Notes: a model not told the origin generated them from the sequence alone. 64,000 nt of DNA from Candidatus Hydrogenedentota bacterium (GCA_963674865.2 CAXXYE010000001.1:256001-320000); one strand, 5' to 3'. Shown: positions 1 through 9,245, numbered from the stretch's first letter. A program made the numbers and translations.

Positions 1-443
1 TCTGTCCTGTGAAAGGCTGGCGTGACGAATACGCTGAGATGGCTGCACGTTTGCTGGAGCGAGTTCGTCCAGACGTGATCACGGTGGACGTGGTGGGCTG
101 GATGAGCGCCCGTCAGATGCGTAATGCCCTCGAGCTGGCCCTGTTCGACGATGCCTATGCGGAAGTTGTTGTCCGGCTCGATGAGGATGGCGTCCAGACA
201 AGAGGCAAGCACCTCTTTCCCCATGAGATGCGGGCGGACTTGCTGCGCCACGTCATTGGGGCCATTCGGCGTCTGCGCCCGGAGCAGGCGGTGTCGATAT
301 GCAATGAAACGCCGGCCATGTGGCGCGAATTGGGCCCGCTGATGGGGATGAATCCTGACAACTACGCGTGTTGCTGCGGTCCTGACAGCGTGCCCGGTCA
401 CCCGCTGTTGGCGCTGTCGTCCCCGAAGTGCGTGTCCAGGTAG
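1..443 (+). CDS. 3' part of a spore photoproduct lyase (SplB)-like radical SAM protein, 5'-truncated by the window
   Basis: Frame is open from the window edge (CPVKGWRDEY...). The segments 'GWRDEY', 'KHLFPHEMRADL' and 'VSICNETPAMW' resemble the C-terminal half of SplB-family proteins. The CxxxCxxC motif would lie upstream and is not visible. Confidence 0.5.
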   Translation, partial: CPVKGWRDEYAEMAARLLERVRPDVITVDVVGWMSARQMRNALELALFDDAYAEVVVRLDEDGVQTRGKHLFPHEMRADLLRHVIGAIRRLRPEQAVSICNETPAMWRELGPLMGMNPDNYACCCGPDSVPGHPLLALSSPKCVSR

Positions 444-1027
444 GTCTTGAGAAGCTCCTTGGCTTCGTCGATGCACTTCCCGCAAACCGTGCTCATCTTG
501 GTCCTTTCCTGGAGTTCGTAGAAGGTGCGGGCGCCTTCGAGCACGGCTTCCTCGATTTCGTGATCCGTCACGTTCATGCACTTGCAGACGACGCGGGCTT
601 CTTCTTTCACCACTTTCTCGTTCATGCCGCGCCGCGCGTAATAGTCGTTGATGGCGGCGCGGAGGGCCTTGTCGCCCAACACGGAGCAATGCACCTTATG
701 CTCCGGGAACTCGCCCAATTCAGCGACAATGGCTTTGGGAGTGATGTTGAAGGCGTTCTCAAGGCTCATCCCCTTCACCATTTCCGAGAGTACCGACGTG
801 CTGGCAATGGCGCTTGCGCAGCCATAAGTCTTCCACTTGCAGTCCGTGATGACCTCTTTGGCGTCGTCGACTTGGATAACGAGCATCATCTCGTCGCCGC
901 AGGTTACGTTTCCTACGATGCCCCGCCCGTCTTCCTTGTAGTCGTCCTCATCTTTGAGGACGTTCCGGGGGTGGGTGAAGTGGTCTTTGACCTTGTCCGT
1001 GTAGGCCCAGGTGAGGTGTGCGCCCAT
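398..1027 (-). CDS. nifU: Fe-S cluster scaffold, NifU/IscU N-domain plus a BFD-like [2Fe-2S] domain
   Basis: Scaffold motifs YTDKVKDHF.HPRN, TCGD, YGCASAIAS and KVHCS; C-terminal CKC...CGKC BFD-like motif; translationally coupled to the desulfurase. Confidence 0.9.
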   Translation of the reverse strand: MGAHLTWAYTDKVKDHFTHPRNVLKDEDDYKEDGRGIVGNVTCGDEMMLVIQVDDAKEVITDCKWKTYGCASAIASTSVLSEMVKGMSLENAFNITPKAIVAELGEFPEHKVHCSVLGDKALRAAINDYYARRGMNEKVVKEEARVVCKCMNVTDHEIEEAVLEGARTFYELQERTKMSTVCGKCIDEAKELLKTYLDTHFGDDSANSG

Positions 1028-2226
1028 CAGTGTCTCCCTGCGTAAACGGTTGACATTTCCCGTATTTTCCGGATGACCTCCGGCAGCCTTTCGAGCACGT
1101 AGGCCACATCCTCTTCATTTGTTTCCCTGCCCATGCTCAATCGGATCGCCCCGTGGGCCTGTTCGGGGGCCAGGCCGAGGGCAAGCAGCACGTGGGAAGG
1201 TTCGAGCGAACCGGATGCGCACGCCGATCCCGTCGAGACGGCAATGCCCTCGAGATCCAGGTAGAGCAGGATGCTTTCGCCCTCGGCGCCCGCAAAGGAA
1301 ACGTTGAGCGTGCTGGCGAGGCTATCTGTAAGGTGGCCGTTGAAATGAATGTCTGGAATCGAGGCCGTTATGCCGTCCTTCAGTTGCGCCTTGAAGGCCG
1401 CCAGCCGCTGCGCCTCATCCGCCATTTCGACGGCGCGCATCTCGACGGCCTTCGCAAAGCCCATAATGCCGAGGGTGTTCTCCGTACCGGCCCGGCGCCC
1501 CTTTTCCTGATGACCCCCGCGGATCAGGGGGCAATACGGCACGCCCCGTCTCACGTACAAGGCGCCGATCCCTTTGGGGCCATAGATCTTGTGGGCGGAC
1601 ATCGTGAGGAAGTCCACGCCGAGTTCCTTCACGTTGATGGGGATCTTGCCCACGGCCTGTACCGCGTCGGTGTGGAAGAGCGCGCCCTTCTCATGAACGA
1701 TGGCGGCAATCTGCGCGATGTCCTGGATGGTGCCTATCTCGTTATTGGCCGTCATCACCGATACAAGGCCGGTGGTTGGCCTGACGGACTCCCGCAGTTG
1801 CTCGAGATCTATTTTGCCGTCGCCATCCACTTCCAAATAGGCCACCTTTGTCCCGCGTTGCGCAAGGCATTTCGCTGTTTCGAGCACACATGGATGCTCG
1901 ATAACCGAGGTGACGATGCCTCGCCCGCCGCGCCGATCGAAGGAACACTCTTTCACGGGGCACGCCAGGATCGATAGCACGGTGTTGTTGGCCTCTGAAC
2001 CGCTGCCCACGAAGATGATCTCTTCGGCATCCGCGCCGATGAAAGCGGCGATCTTCTCGCGCGCCTCCTCGACGTATTGCCTGGCCAAGCGTCCAAAGCC
2101 GTGAAGGCTGGAGGGATTGCCAAACGCCTTCATGGCTTCGGACATGATCTTGCGCACCTCCGGATGGAGTGCGGTGGTGGCATTGTGGTCCATGTAAACC
2201 TGTTTATCGGACATGATATCTCTCAT
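1027..2226 (-). CDS. nifS: Cysteine desulfurase (NifS/IscS type)
   Basis: YMDHNATT, GNPSSLH, PLP lysine in SAHKIYGPKG, RAGTEN and catalytic STGSACAS. The start may be at 2214. Confidence 0.95.
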   Translation of the reverse strand: MRDIMSDKQVYMDHNATTALHPEVRKIMSEAMKAFGNPSSLHGFGRLARQYVEEAREKIAAFIGADAEEIIFVGSGSEANNTVLSILACPVKECSFDRRGGRGIVTSVIEHPCVLETAKCLAQRGTKVAYLEVDGDGKIDLEQLRESVRPTTGLVSVMTANNEIGTIQDIAQIAAIVHEKGALFHTDAVQAVGKIPINVKELGVDFLTMSAHKIYGPKGIGALYVRRGVPYCPLIRGGHQEKGRRAGTENTLGIMGFAKAVEMRAVEMADEAQRLAAFKAQLKDGITASIPDIHFNGHLTDSLASTLNVSFAGAEGESILLYLDLEGIAVSTGSACASGSLEPSHVLLALGLAPEQAHGAIRLSMGRETNEEDVAYVLERLPEVIRKIREMSTVYAGRH

Positions 2227-2305
2227 GCTCCAGAGCGCCGTGAGTCGTGTTTAACTCCCTGATAGGCAACATTGGAGTTCGCGCAGGCTATTCCCCCCTG
2301 AGAGA

Positions 2306-2354
2306 TGCTTCATAATCCTCGTTGGCTGAGTCATAATCCGTGCCATGCTCGAGG
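2306..2354 (+). repeat. Copy A of a 49-bp imperfect direct repeat (duplicate of the recN promoter/start)
   Basis: tgcttcataatcctcgttggctgagtcataatccgtgccatgctcgagg aligns ungapped with 4427-4475 (42/49 by hand count; the last 22 nt are identical). Confidence 0.85.
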
Positions 2355-2432
2355 TGCCGGTTAAGGCTTCAATTCCCGACGCGCCATTGGGAGAAAGGGG
2401 AAGGACTGGTTCTCGCAAATGGCAAGGCCTCG

Positions 2433-4034
2433 TTATATGAGACGCTTCAATAGGAAGACGGTCAGGACAAGGACACCGGCGAGAGGCATTAGGTATCGGT
2501 TCACTCTGAAGAGGTATGTCTTCTTGACATCGAGCGGACATTGGGCAAGGCCCAAGGAATCCACGATGTTGGCTTCGGGACCCCCATTGGCGTACACACC
2601 GAGAGCCTTGGTGAAGGCCACACCGAGTCTAGCGCTCAGTTCTCGGCGCCCAGGGAGTCTCTGCGCCCCCAGGTTCTCGGCGACGGCCACGTAGTCACGA
2701 GGGGTCACGGCACAAGAGACCTCGCCCTCCGCATTGACCCGCAGGGTCGAATGCTGCCGCCACGCCATTTTCTCGCCGAAGTAGTTTCTCAACCGCAGTC
2801 GCACGGTGATAGCGTCTGAGTCTGTCTTGCAGGGAGGGGCAACCAAGCCATGCTCGTGGAGCCATATTAGCCAGCGCTTGAGCCGCTTCTTCTCCACAGG
2901 TTTGGGCTCGACCTCGGAGACATCAACGTCCTTCAGCAGGGGACCGACCCAGAATCCAGGCAGCACGGCGCCTCCCGCCACGGCGGCGTGGTTGACGAAG
3001 AAGAACTGGAGGATCATGAATACGCCGATACCGATACCGAAATGATCTGGCACAAGCGCCACCACGGCAAAGAGAAGCAAGAGGCATGCGAGGTTCATTA
3101 GCTGCTTGACCTTATCCCAGGGGGAGGTCAATTGGATCTCTCGCTTGATCACCGCGTACCACAGCGCAGCCGCCACAATGACGCAAACCACCCGCACGGG
3201 TGCCTGCGCGAAGAAGCTCTTGAACCTCCGGTGCAGCAGCGGAAGTCCCAAGAAGACAATCAGAGAAAACAACATGGATTGAGCAAAGGTGCGCCTACCT
3301 TGGCGTATCATTCTGTCCGGCACATGCCCTTGCCAGCGGTCGACGTCCTTTCTTGGAAGCCAGCCAAACAGAGTGACCCATGCTGCGAGGATTCCCAAGA
3401 GACCACTTGCAGCCACCACGCCTCCTTTCAGTGGCCCGATGGCTTTGACCCCTTGCATAACTTTGGCGGAGAGTGCCGGAGCGGGCGCGGCCGCCCGCAA
3501 GAGGTCGGCCCTTTCGCCAAGCACATTCCGTGCCCTTGTCAGGCGCATTTTGACGGTGCTTTCCTTCGTACCGGTGAGTTCGGCGATCTCTCTCACTTTC
3601 ATCTGCTGCCCGTAGTGCAAGGTGAGTACCTCGCGGCTCCGCTCATCGAGCTTGCGGACAAGGGACCATAGCGTCTCTGCTGTCTCCCGTGCACAAACGG
3701 TGTCGCGCGGGTCGGCTGACGTGCCCGTTTGTCCCCTGGCCGATTCCATACGTTGTTCTTGTTGCTTCATTTGCCATGTTCCTCGCATGAAGTCCACGCA
3801 TAAGCGCCGCAAGATCGAGAAGAGCCATGGAGCAAAGGCGTCGTGGTCCCTCAGCATCGGCAGTTTGGTATAGGCGCGAAGAAACGTCTCTTGGCATAAG
3901 TCCTCGGCATCCTGAGGGTCATAGACCCGGGACAGGGCCACGACATACACCTTGGCCTGATAGCGGGAAACCAAGACGGCAAAGGCGTCCCCGTCGCCCG
4001 CGAGCGTTTTCTCAACGGCTTGTCTGTCGTCCAT
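2433..4034 (-). CDS. ECF sigma-70 factor with a long C-terminal multi-pass membrane extension
   Basis: Start MDDRQAVEK follows a GGAGGAGG RBS. Sigma2 (AFAVLVSRYQ..DAEDLCQETFLRAY..FAPWLFSI) and sigma4 (LDERSREVLTLHY..EIAELTGTKESTVKMRLTRAR) are followed by about 340 aa with several hydrophobic helices. Confidence 0.88.
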   Translation of the reverse strand: MDDRQAVEKTLAGDGDAFAVLVSRYQAKVYVVALSRVYDPQDAEDLCQETFLRAYTKLPMLRDHDAFAPWLFSILRRLCVDFMRGTWQMKQQEQRMESARGQTGTSADPRDTVCARETAETLWSLVRKLDERSREVLTLHYGQQMKVREIAELTGTKESTVKMRLTRARNVLGERADLLRAAAPAPALSAKVMQGVKAIGPLKGGVVAASGLLGILAAWVTLFGWLPRKDVDRWQGHVPDRMIRQGRRTFAQSMLFSLIVFLGLPLLHRRFKSFFAQAPVRVVCVIVAAALWYAVIKREIQLTSPWDKVKQLMNLACLLLLFAVVALVPDHFGIGIGVFMILQFFFVNHAAVAGGAVLPGFWVGPLLKDVDVSEVEPKPVEKKRLKRWLIWLHEHGLVAPPCKTDSDAITVRLRLRNYFGEKMAWRQHSTLRVNAEGEVSCAVTPRDYVAVAENLGAQRLPGRRELSARLGVAFTKALGVYANGGPEANIVDSLGLAQCPLDVKKTYLFRVNRYLMPLAGVLVLTVFLLKRLI

Positions 4035-4426
4035 CGTCCTCCTCCAGCGGCTGCTCTCACAATAGAAGACGGGGCAAAGCGGGAACGGGTCAATGCAGGG
4101 ACTCGGATAAATGATGCCACGCCAGCCCTCCGGACGCACGCAGGCGGCCTGCTGGAGGGGACACTTGACAGTCCCCAACTCCCGCATCGGACCGGCTGCT
4201 ACGCGGCGGCTCATGCGGATACCGTTGTGCCATGAATAAGAACAAAATCAAAGTGCGTAGGATGACATAGTTCGCTTCTCACCGTCGGAAGCTCAAAGGC
4301 GGCAGACTGTACCGGAGGCAGTTTCTCAGGCACTGGCCACTGATGAAGTCGATTGAGTCTCGCAAAGGGCTGGTAATCAAGGGACCAGAATGATTTAAGA
4401 GGGCGTGGCATTTGGGATCGTGGGCC

Positions 4427-4475
4427 TGCTTCATAATCTCGGCCGGCTGATTTATAATCCGTGCCATGCTCGAGG
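4427..4475 (+). promoter_or_regulatory. Copy B of the 49-bp repeat; contains a TATAAT -10 element 7 nt before the recN ATG (probable leaderless promoter)
   Basis: Sequence tttataat-ccgtgcc-ATG(4466), with no Shine-Dalgarno before the ATG. Confidence 0.65.
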
Positions 4476-6136
4476 CGCTGAACATACGGGACTATGCCTT
4501 AATCGATGAACTCGAGGTCGAACTCGGGCCCGGCTTCAACGTGCTCACCGGTGAAACCGGTGCGGGCAAGTCCATCATCGTCGGAGCGTTGGGACTCGTT
4601 CTTGGCGCGCGGGCTTCGAGCGATGCCGTGCGCACCGGTGCCAAGGAGGCGCGTATCCAAGCGGCCTTCAGAATTTCGCGGCCCTCCCGTCGCCTGGCAA
4701 GCCTGTTGAGGCAGCACGACGTGGCTCTCGAGGACGGCCAACTGGTTCTCTCGCGGGTGATCACCGCGGAAGGCCGCAGCCGCGGGGCCGTGTCCGGCGC
4801 ACTCGTGCCCGTCGGCACGCTCAGGGAGATTGGCGATGAGCTTGTGGATATCCACGGCCAGCACGAGCACCAGTCCCTTCTCAAATCGGATCGCCAACTC
4901 GACCTGCTCGACGCTTTCGCTGCCGTCGAGCAAGAGGTGTCGGACCTCCAGGAGGTCGTTCGGGACCTGCGGAATATTGAGAAGCAGATCGAAGCTCTGG
5001 AGGCGGATGATCGCGAACGTGCGCGCCGGGCGGAGTTCCTCCGATTTGAGTTGACTGAGATTCGTGCGGCCGGCCTGCACGCGTCCGAGGAGGAGGAACT
5101 GAGGTCTCGGCACAAGATCATCGCGAATGCGGAGAAGCTCTTCGAACTGGCCAACTTGGCCAATATGGCGCTGTACGAGGGAGAGGAGCGCTCGGCAATA
5201 GACGCTATCGACGGCGCACTCGACAACTTAGATGAGCTTGCGGCCATCGATGAGCGCTTCAAGCCTACCGCGGAGCAATTGCGCGCGGCCCGGGAGAGTG
5301 TGGCGGACGTCGCGTCCGAATTGCGCCGCTACGGCGACGAGCTGGAGTTCGATCCAGCCGAACTGGATGTCCTTAACGAGCGGCTCGCACTCATCGGTAG
5401 CCTTAAGCGCAAGTACGGCGATTCGATTCCGGCGATCCTTGAGTACGCGGAGAATGCGGCCCGGGAACTGGATGTATTTGATGGCCGCGACCAAAACCTC
5501 GCGGAATTGAGGGAGAAGCGAAGCGCCCTGCTCAACGGTGCTCAAGAAGTCGCGGCGGGCCTCTCCAAGACGCGCCGCGCGGCCGCAAAGAAGCTCGATA
5601 AACAGGTTACCGCCGCGCTCGCGGACCTGGGGATGCGCGGGGGGCGTTTCGAGACGCGGATCGAGGCGGTCGACCTCGGGCCCAACGGTATTGACAGTGT
5701 CACGTTCTTACTGGCGGCCAATCCGGGCGAGGAACTCAAGCCTTTGCGACTCGTTGCTTCGGGGGGCGAGATATCGCGGATTATGCTGGCGCTCAAGGCC
5801 GTCTTCGCCGAGGGGGACAAGATTCCGACGCTCATTTTCGATGAGATCGATGCGGGCGTGGGGGGGCATATTGCCCGCAAAGTCGCGGCCAAGTTGCGGG
5901 ATCTGGCGGAATCCCACCAGGTTGTCTGTATCACCCACATCGCCCAAATTGCCGCCGCGGCCCAGAGCCATCACACCGTGGCCAAGCACGAGCGCGAGGC
6001 GAGAACCACTACGGCGGTCGTACGCGTCAAGGGCAAGGCTCGTGTCGAGGAGATGGCGAGGCTGTTGGACGGCTCCATCTCGGAGGTCAGCCTCAAGCAT
6101 GCCCGCCAGTTGCTGAAGTCCGGCGGGCAAGATTAG
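4466..6136 (+). CDS. recN: DNA repair protein RecN
   Basis: Walker A LTGETGAGKS, IHGQHEHQ, coiled coil, ASGGEISR signature, LIFDEID Walker B and CITH. Confidence 0.97.
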   Translation: MLEALNIRDYALIDELEVELGPGFNVLTGETGAGKSIIVGALGLVLGARASSDAVRTGAKEARIQAAFRISRPSRRLASLLRQHDVALEDGQLVLSRVITAEGRSRGAVSGALVPVGTLREIGDELVDIHGQHEHQSLLKSDRQLDLLDAFAAVEQEVSDLQEVVRDLRNIEKQIEALEADDRERARRAEFLRFELTEIRAAGLHASEEEELRSRHKIIANAEKLFELANLANMALYEGEERSAIDAIDGALDNLDELAAIDERFKPTAEQLRAARESVADVASELRRYGDELEFDPAELDVLNERLALIGSLKRKYGDSIPAILEYAENAARELDVFDGRDQNLAELREKRSALLNGAQEVAAGLSKTRRAAAKKLDKQVTAALADLGMRGGRFETRIEAVDLGPNGIDSVTFLLAANPGEELKPLRLVASGGEISRIMLALKAVFAEGDKIPTLIFDEIDAGVGGHIARKVAAKLRDLAESHQVVCITHIAQIAAAAQSHHTVAKHEREARTTTAVVRVKGKARVEEMARLLDGSISEVSLKHARQLLKSGGQD

Positions 6137-6228
6137 GAATCTGGCCAGAAAGCACTTGTGAGTCCTCTTGTCTCAATGTTCAGGATGCTCAGTTCCCGTC
6201 ATTTGGTGGCTTTCTGGCCGCACTCCTA
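6134..6228. repeat. 95-bp element with ~20-bp imperfect terminal inverted repeats and TA at both ends (MITE-like or bidirectional terminator)
   Basis: Left end taggaatctggccagaaagc matches the reverse complement of the right end, taggagtgcggccagaaagc, at 17/20 with a perfect 11-bp core. It lies between convergent genes. Confidence 0.6.
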
Positions 6229-6235
6229 GCCGTGT

Positions 6236-7189
6236 CTAGGGGCGTATCTCTGTCAAGGTGAGAGTCTCGACGGCGGCGCCGCGCACATTGGACACGACCA
6301 CCCGCACCTGCTCAATGTCTTCCACTAGGGCGTCTAGGCAATGCAGGTCGGCCTCGATGTGCACGGATTGGCCGGAGGCAATGGTGAAGGGGCTGCTGCC
6401 GCTCACGGGCCCCCCGCGATAGCGCCAGCAGTCCTCCGAGGCCGTTACGAGCCGGAAGTGGTCGTCACCCGCTTGGCGCACGTGCATCGCCACGCCATAG
6501 GTGGGCGAGTTTGCCCATAGCACGGGCTCTCCCTCGGGCCATGGTACATGCCAAAGAACCGGTTTGTGGCCGAGGTTTTCGCAAGTCACTTGGACTCGGC
6601 CGCTACCGGGCGCCATCTCCTCAATCGTGAAGAAGACGGCGTCGCCAACGGGAACCAGAATGAGGAGCGTCCAAGCCGCCGCTAGAATTGCCGCGCCGAT
6701 GCCCACCAGGATGAGGACGCGCCGCCATGATAGGCGCCCCGTGGCAGCGGCGCCTGGTGCGTTGAAGCCTGCGAGGTAGGCATCGAGGGGCTGGTCGATG
6801 AAGCCTCCGAGTTCGACCGCGGCGCGCGCGTTTGTCAGTCGCTGGTTTTCACTCAGTTCAGCCTCGATGAGAGATAGGTCTTGCGACAGCGCGCGGTTAG
6901 CGTTGTTTGCCGCCGCCGCATCCATACTGCCCCGCGCGGCGCGCTCGACAAGGCGGGCCCGCTGCTTGACGGCGCGGCCGAGGCGTTTCCGCAACGCCTT
7001 GCGTTCAGCCGCGAGGCGCTTTCGGAGACGCGCCGCGGCCTGTTGGGCGGCCTTCGAGACTTGTTTCAGCGATTCACGTCGCTGTTCATCCCGATTCCCG
7101 GGGGTGGCCGCTTCCGCGAGCAGGTGAGCGCACTTCTCCTGGCAGGACAGTGCCAAGCGAAGTCGCTCTCGCGCGTCGAGGTCAGCCAC
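6236..7189 (-). CDS. Hypothetical bitopic membrane protein (N-terminal coiled coil, one TM helix, Ig-like beta C-terminal domain)
   Basis: Overlaps the pyrG stop; Ala/Arg/Glu-rich helical N-half and a hydrophobic stretch VLILVGIGAAILAAAWTLLILV. Confidence 0.65.
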   Translation of the reverse strand: MADLDARERLRLALSCQEKCAHLLAEAATPGNRDEQRRESLKQVSKAAQQAAARLRKRLAAERKALRKRLGRAVKQRARLVERAARGSMDAAAANNANRALSQDLSLIEAELSENQRLTNARAAVELGGFIDQPLDAYLAGFNAPGAAATGRLSWRRVLILVGIGAAILAAAWTLLILVPVGDAVFFTIEEMAPGSGRVQVTCENLGHKPVLWHVPWPEGEPVLWANSPTYGVAMHVRQAGDDHFRLVTASEDCWRYRGGPVSGSSPFTIASGQSVHIEADLHCLDALVEDIEQVRVVVSNVRGAAVETLTLTEIRP

Positions 7190-8813
7190 GTGTCTCCTTA
7201 TGCGCCAGGGCGGCCTTGACGAAATCGCGGAAGAGCGGCTGGCAGGAGAGCGGCGTGCTCTTGAACTCGGGATGGAACTGGACGCCGCAGAACCACGGAT
7301 GGTCCTTCAACTCGCAGATCTCGACCAACTCCTGATCGCCCCGGTGGTGCAGGCCGCTGACAACCAGCCCGGCCGCGCCTTCAAGGCGCTCGCGGTAGGC
7401 GTTGTTGAACTCATAGCGATGCCGGTGACGCTCGTGTATGACGTCCTTCCCGTAGGCGGCTCGGGCCTTTGTGCCGTCTTGAAGCTCACACCGGTACGCG
7501 CCCAGGCGCATCGTGCCGCCCATGTCCTTCACGCCTCTTTGCTCGGACAACAGGGAGATCACTGGATCCGGCGTCTTGGGATTGAACTCCGTCGAATTCG
7601 CCTCGGGGAGATTCAGGCGGTTCCGCACCATCTCGATGACGGCGATCTGCATGCCGAGGCAGATGCCGAAGAAGGGGATGTTTTCTTGCCGCACGTATTT
7701 CATCGCGCGGATTTTTCCCTCGATGCCTCGCCCGCCGAAGCCCGGGCCGATCAGTACGCCGTCGAACGCGGCGAGTACATCCTCAGGTTGCTTCCCCTGT
7801 TCAAATTGCTCGGAATCTACCCATTCGAGGACTACTTGGCAGTCGTTGGCGATTCCTGCGTGAGAGAACGCTTCGTTGATGCTCTTGTAGGCGTCATCGT
7901 GGGCGATGTACTTGCCAACGGCCGCGATCCGGACCTCGCCTTTCGAGTTCTTCATCCGCTCTACCATGGAGCGCCACTCGTCGAGGTTCTTTGGTTTGGC
8001 CGTCATATTGAGGACGCGCAGCACCGTTTCGTCGAGGCCCTGCTCGGCCAAGTTCAGCGGGATGGCGTAAATGGGGGAGATGTCCCGCGCCTCAATCACG
8101 GCATCGCCGCCCACGTCGCAGAAGAGGGCCACCTTCTGCCGCTGGCTCTCGCCGAGGGCATGGCCGCCCGTCCGGCAGACGATGACGTTAGGCTGGATGC
8201 CGATATCGCGCAAGGCCCGAACACTGTGCTGCGTCGGCTTTGTCTTGAGTTCGCCGGACGCGTCGATGAAGGGAACCAGCGTTACATGGATGTAGCAGCA
8301 CTCGTTGGGGCCCAGGTCCAACCGGAACTGGCGGATGGCTTCGAGGAAGGGCAGCCCCTCGATATCGCCGACGGTTCCGCCAATCTCGATGATGGCTACA
8401 TCGGCGTCGGCGTCGGCTTCCGTGGTGAGCATGCGGACACGCGCCTTGATCTCATCCGTGATATGCGGAATGACTTGGACGGTCTTTCCCAGGAACTCGC
8501 CCCGCCGCTCCTTCTGGATGACGGCATTGTAGATGCCGCCCGTGGTGACATTGCTCTTCTGGGACAGGTTGGCGTGAGTAAACCGCTGGTAGTGGCCGAG
8601 ATCGAGGTCGGTTTCCGCACCGTCATCCGTCACGAACACCTCCCCGTGTTCGTAGGGGTTCATCGTGCCCGGATCCACGTTGATGTACGGATCCATCTTC
8701 ATTATGGCCACTTTCAGGCCTCGTGACTCGAGCAGGACGCCCAGGCTTGCCGCGAGCACGCCTTTCCCTACCGACGACACAACGCCTCCCGTAATAAACA
8801 CATACTTCGCCAT
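7182..8813 (-). CDS. pyrG: CTP synthase
   Basis: KYVFITGGVVSSVGKG, DPYINVDPGTM, KTKPTQHS, GICLGMQ and QFHPEF. Confidence 0.99.
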   Translation of the reverse strand: MAKYVFITGGVVSSVGKGVLAASLGVLLESRGLKVAIMKMDPYINVDPGTMNPYEHGEVFVTDDGAETDLDLGHYQRFTHANLSQKSNVTTGGIYNAVIQKERRGEFLGKTVQVIPHITDEIKARVRMLTTEADADADVAIIEIGGTVGDIEGLPFLEAIRQFRLDLGPNECCYIHVTLVPFIDASGELKTKPTQHSVRALRDIGIQPNVIVCRTGGHALGESQRQKVALFCDVGGDAVIEARDISPIYAIPLNLAEQGLDETVLRVLNMTAKPKNLDEWRSMVERMKNSKGEVRIAAVGKYIAHDDAYKSINEAFSHAGIANDCQVVLEWVDSEQFEQGKQPEDVLAAFDGVLIGPGFGGRGIEGKIRAMKYVRQENIPFFGICLGMQIAVIEMVRNRLNLPEANSTEFNPKTPDPVISLLSEQRGVKDMGGTMRLGAYRCELQDGTKARAAYGKDVIHERHRHRYEFNNAYRERLEGAAGLVVSGLHHRGDQELVEICELKDHPWFCGVQFHPEFKSTPLSCQPLFRDFVKAALAHKETRG

Positions 8814-9245
8814 TTAGCCTTCCCCTTTCTCCGCAATCTTGAGCAATGCCGCCACCTTCCGCATATCTTCAGGGGTATCCACCCCGATGCCTCCGTAATC
8901 CGTGCCCGCAACCGCCAAGACCTGTCTGCCCCTGCATTTTTCCGGCAGAAGTGAAATGCCAACATTTTGACTTACGCCACTGGCCCGCTGTGAGTTGTTC
9001 GAGGTTTCTAGGCGGGGTATGCGGTGGCCTCGCGTAACATAGCGGGAAATCCCGCCCGGAAACATGCAATTCGATGTGGCGCCAGCCGTCATTTGCGGCA
9101 TCCGCGAGGTCGCCAAGGCGTGTTCGTATGCGTGGATGACGAGGGATTTGCTGGCCAGAAGGGCGATGACTTTGCCGGGAAAACGGATAGAGGCAAATCG
9201 GGCGGGGATAACTGCCAATACCTTCCGGCCCGCCCCAAATGCCAT
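8814..9245 (-). pseudogene. kdsB: Degraded CMP-KDO synthetase (kdsB) remnant
   Basis: N-terminal VLAVIPARFASIRFPGK and C-terminal GIGVDTPEDMRKV are KdsB motifs. The 'RDFPLCYARPPHTP..LEQL' segment lies in another frame (ORF 8869-9069). Only 143 codons remain versus ~240-250 expected. It occupies the usual kdsB-pyrG position. Confidence 0.8.

Noticed and set aside
2331..2345. Possible sigma54 promoter for nifS (minus strand TGGCAC-GGATT-ATGA)
   Set aside because: The -12 GC is absent (GA), and the sequence is explained as part of the recN-start duplication.
7200..8726. 508-aa plus-strand ORF, and similar long antisense ORFs over nifS, recN, wzy, the RND genes, murA and the PMM (62837-63826)
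   Set aside because: These are shadow ORFs opposite well-conserved genes, expected from high-GC codon bias, and carry no recognisable motifs.
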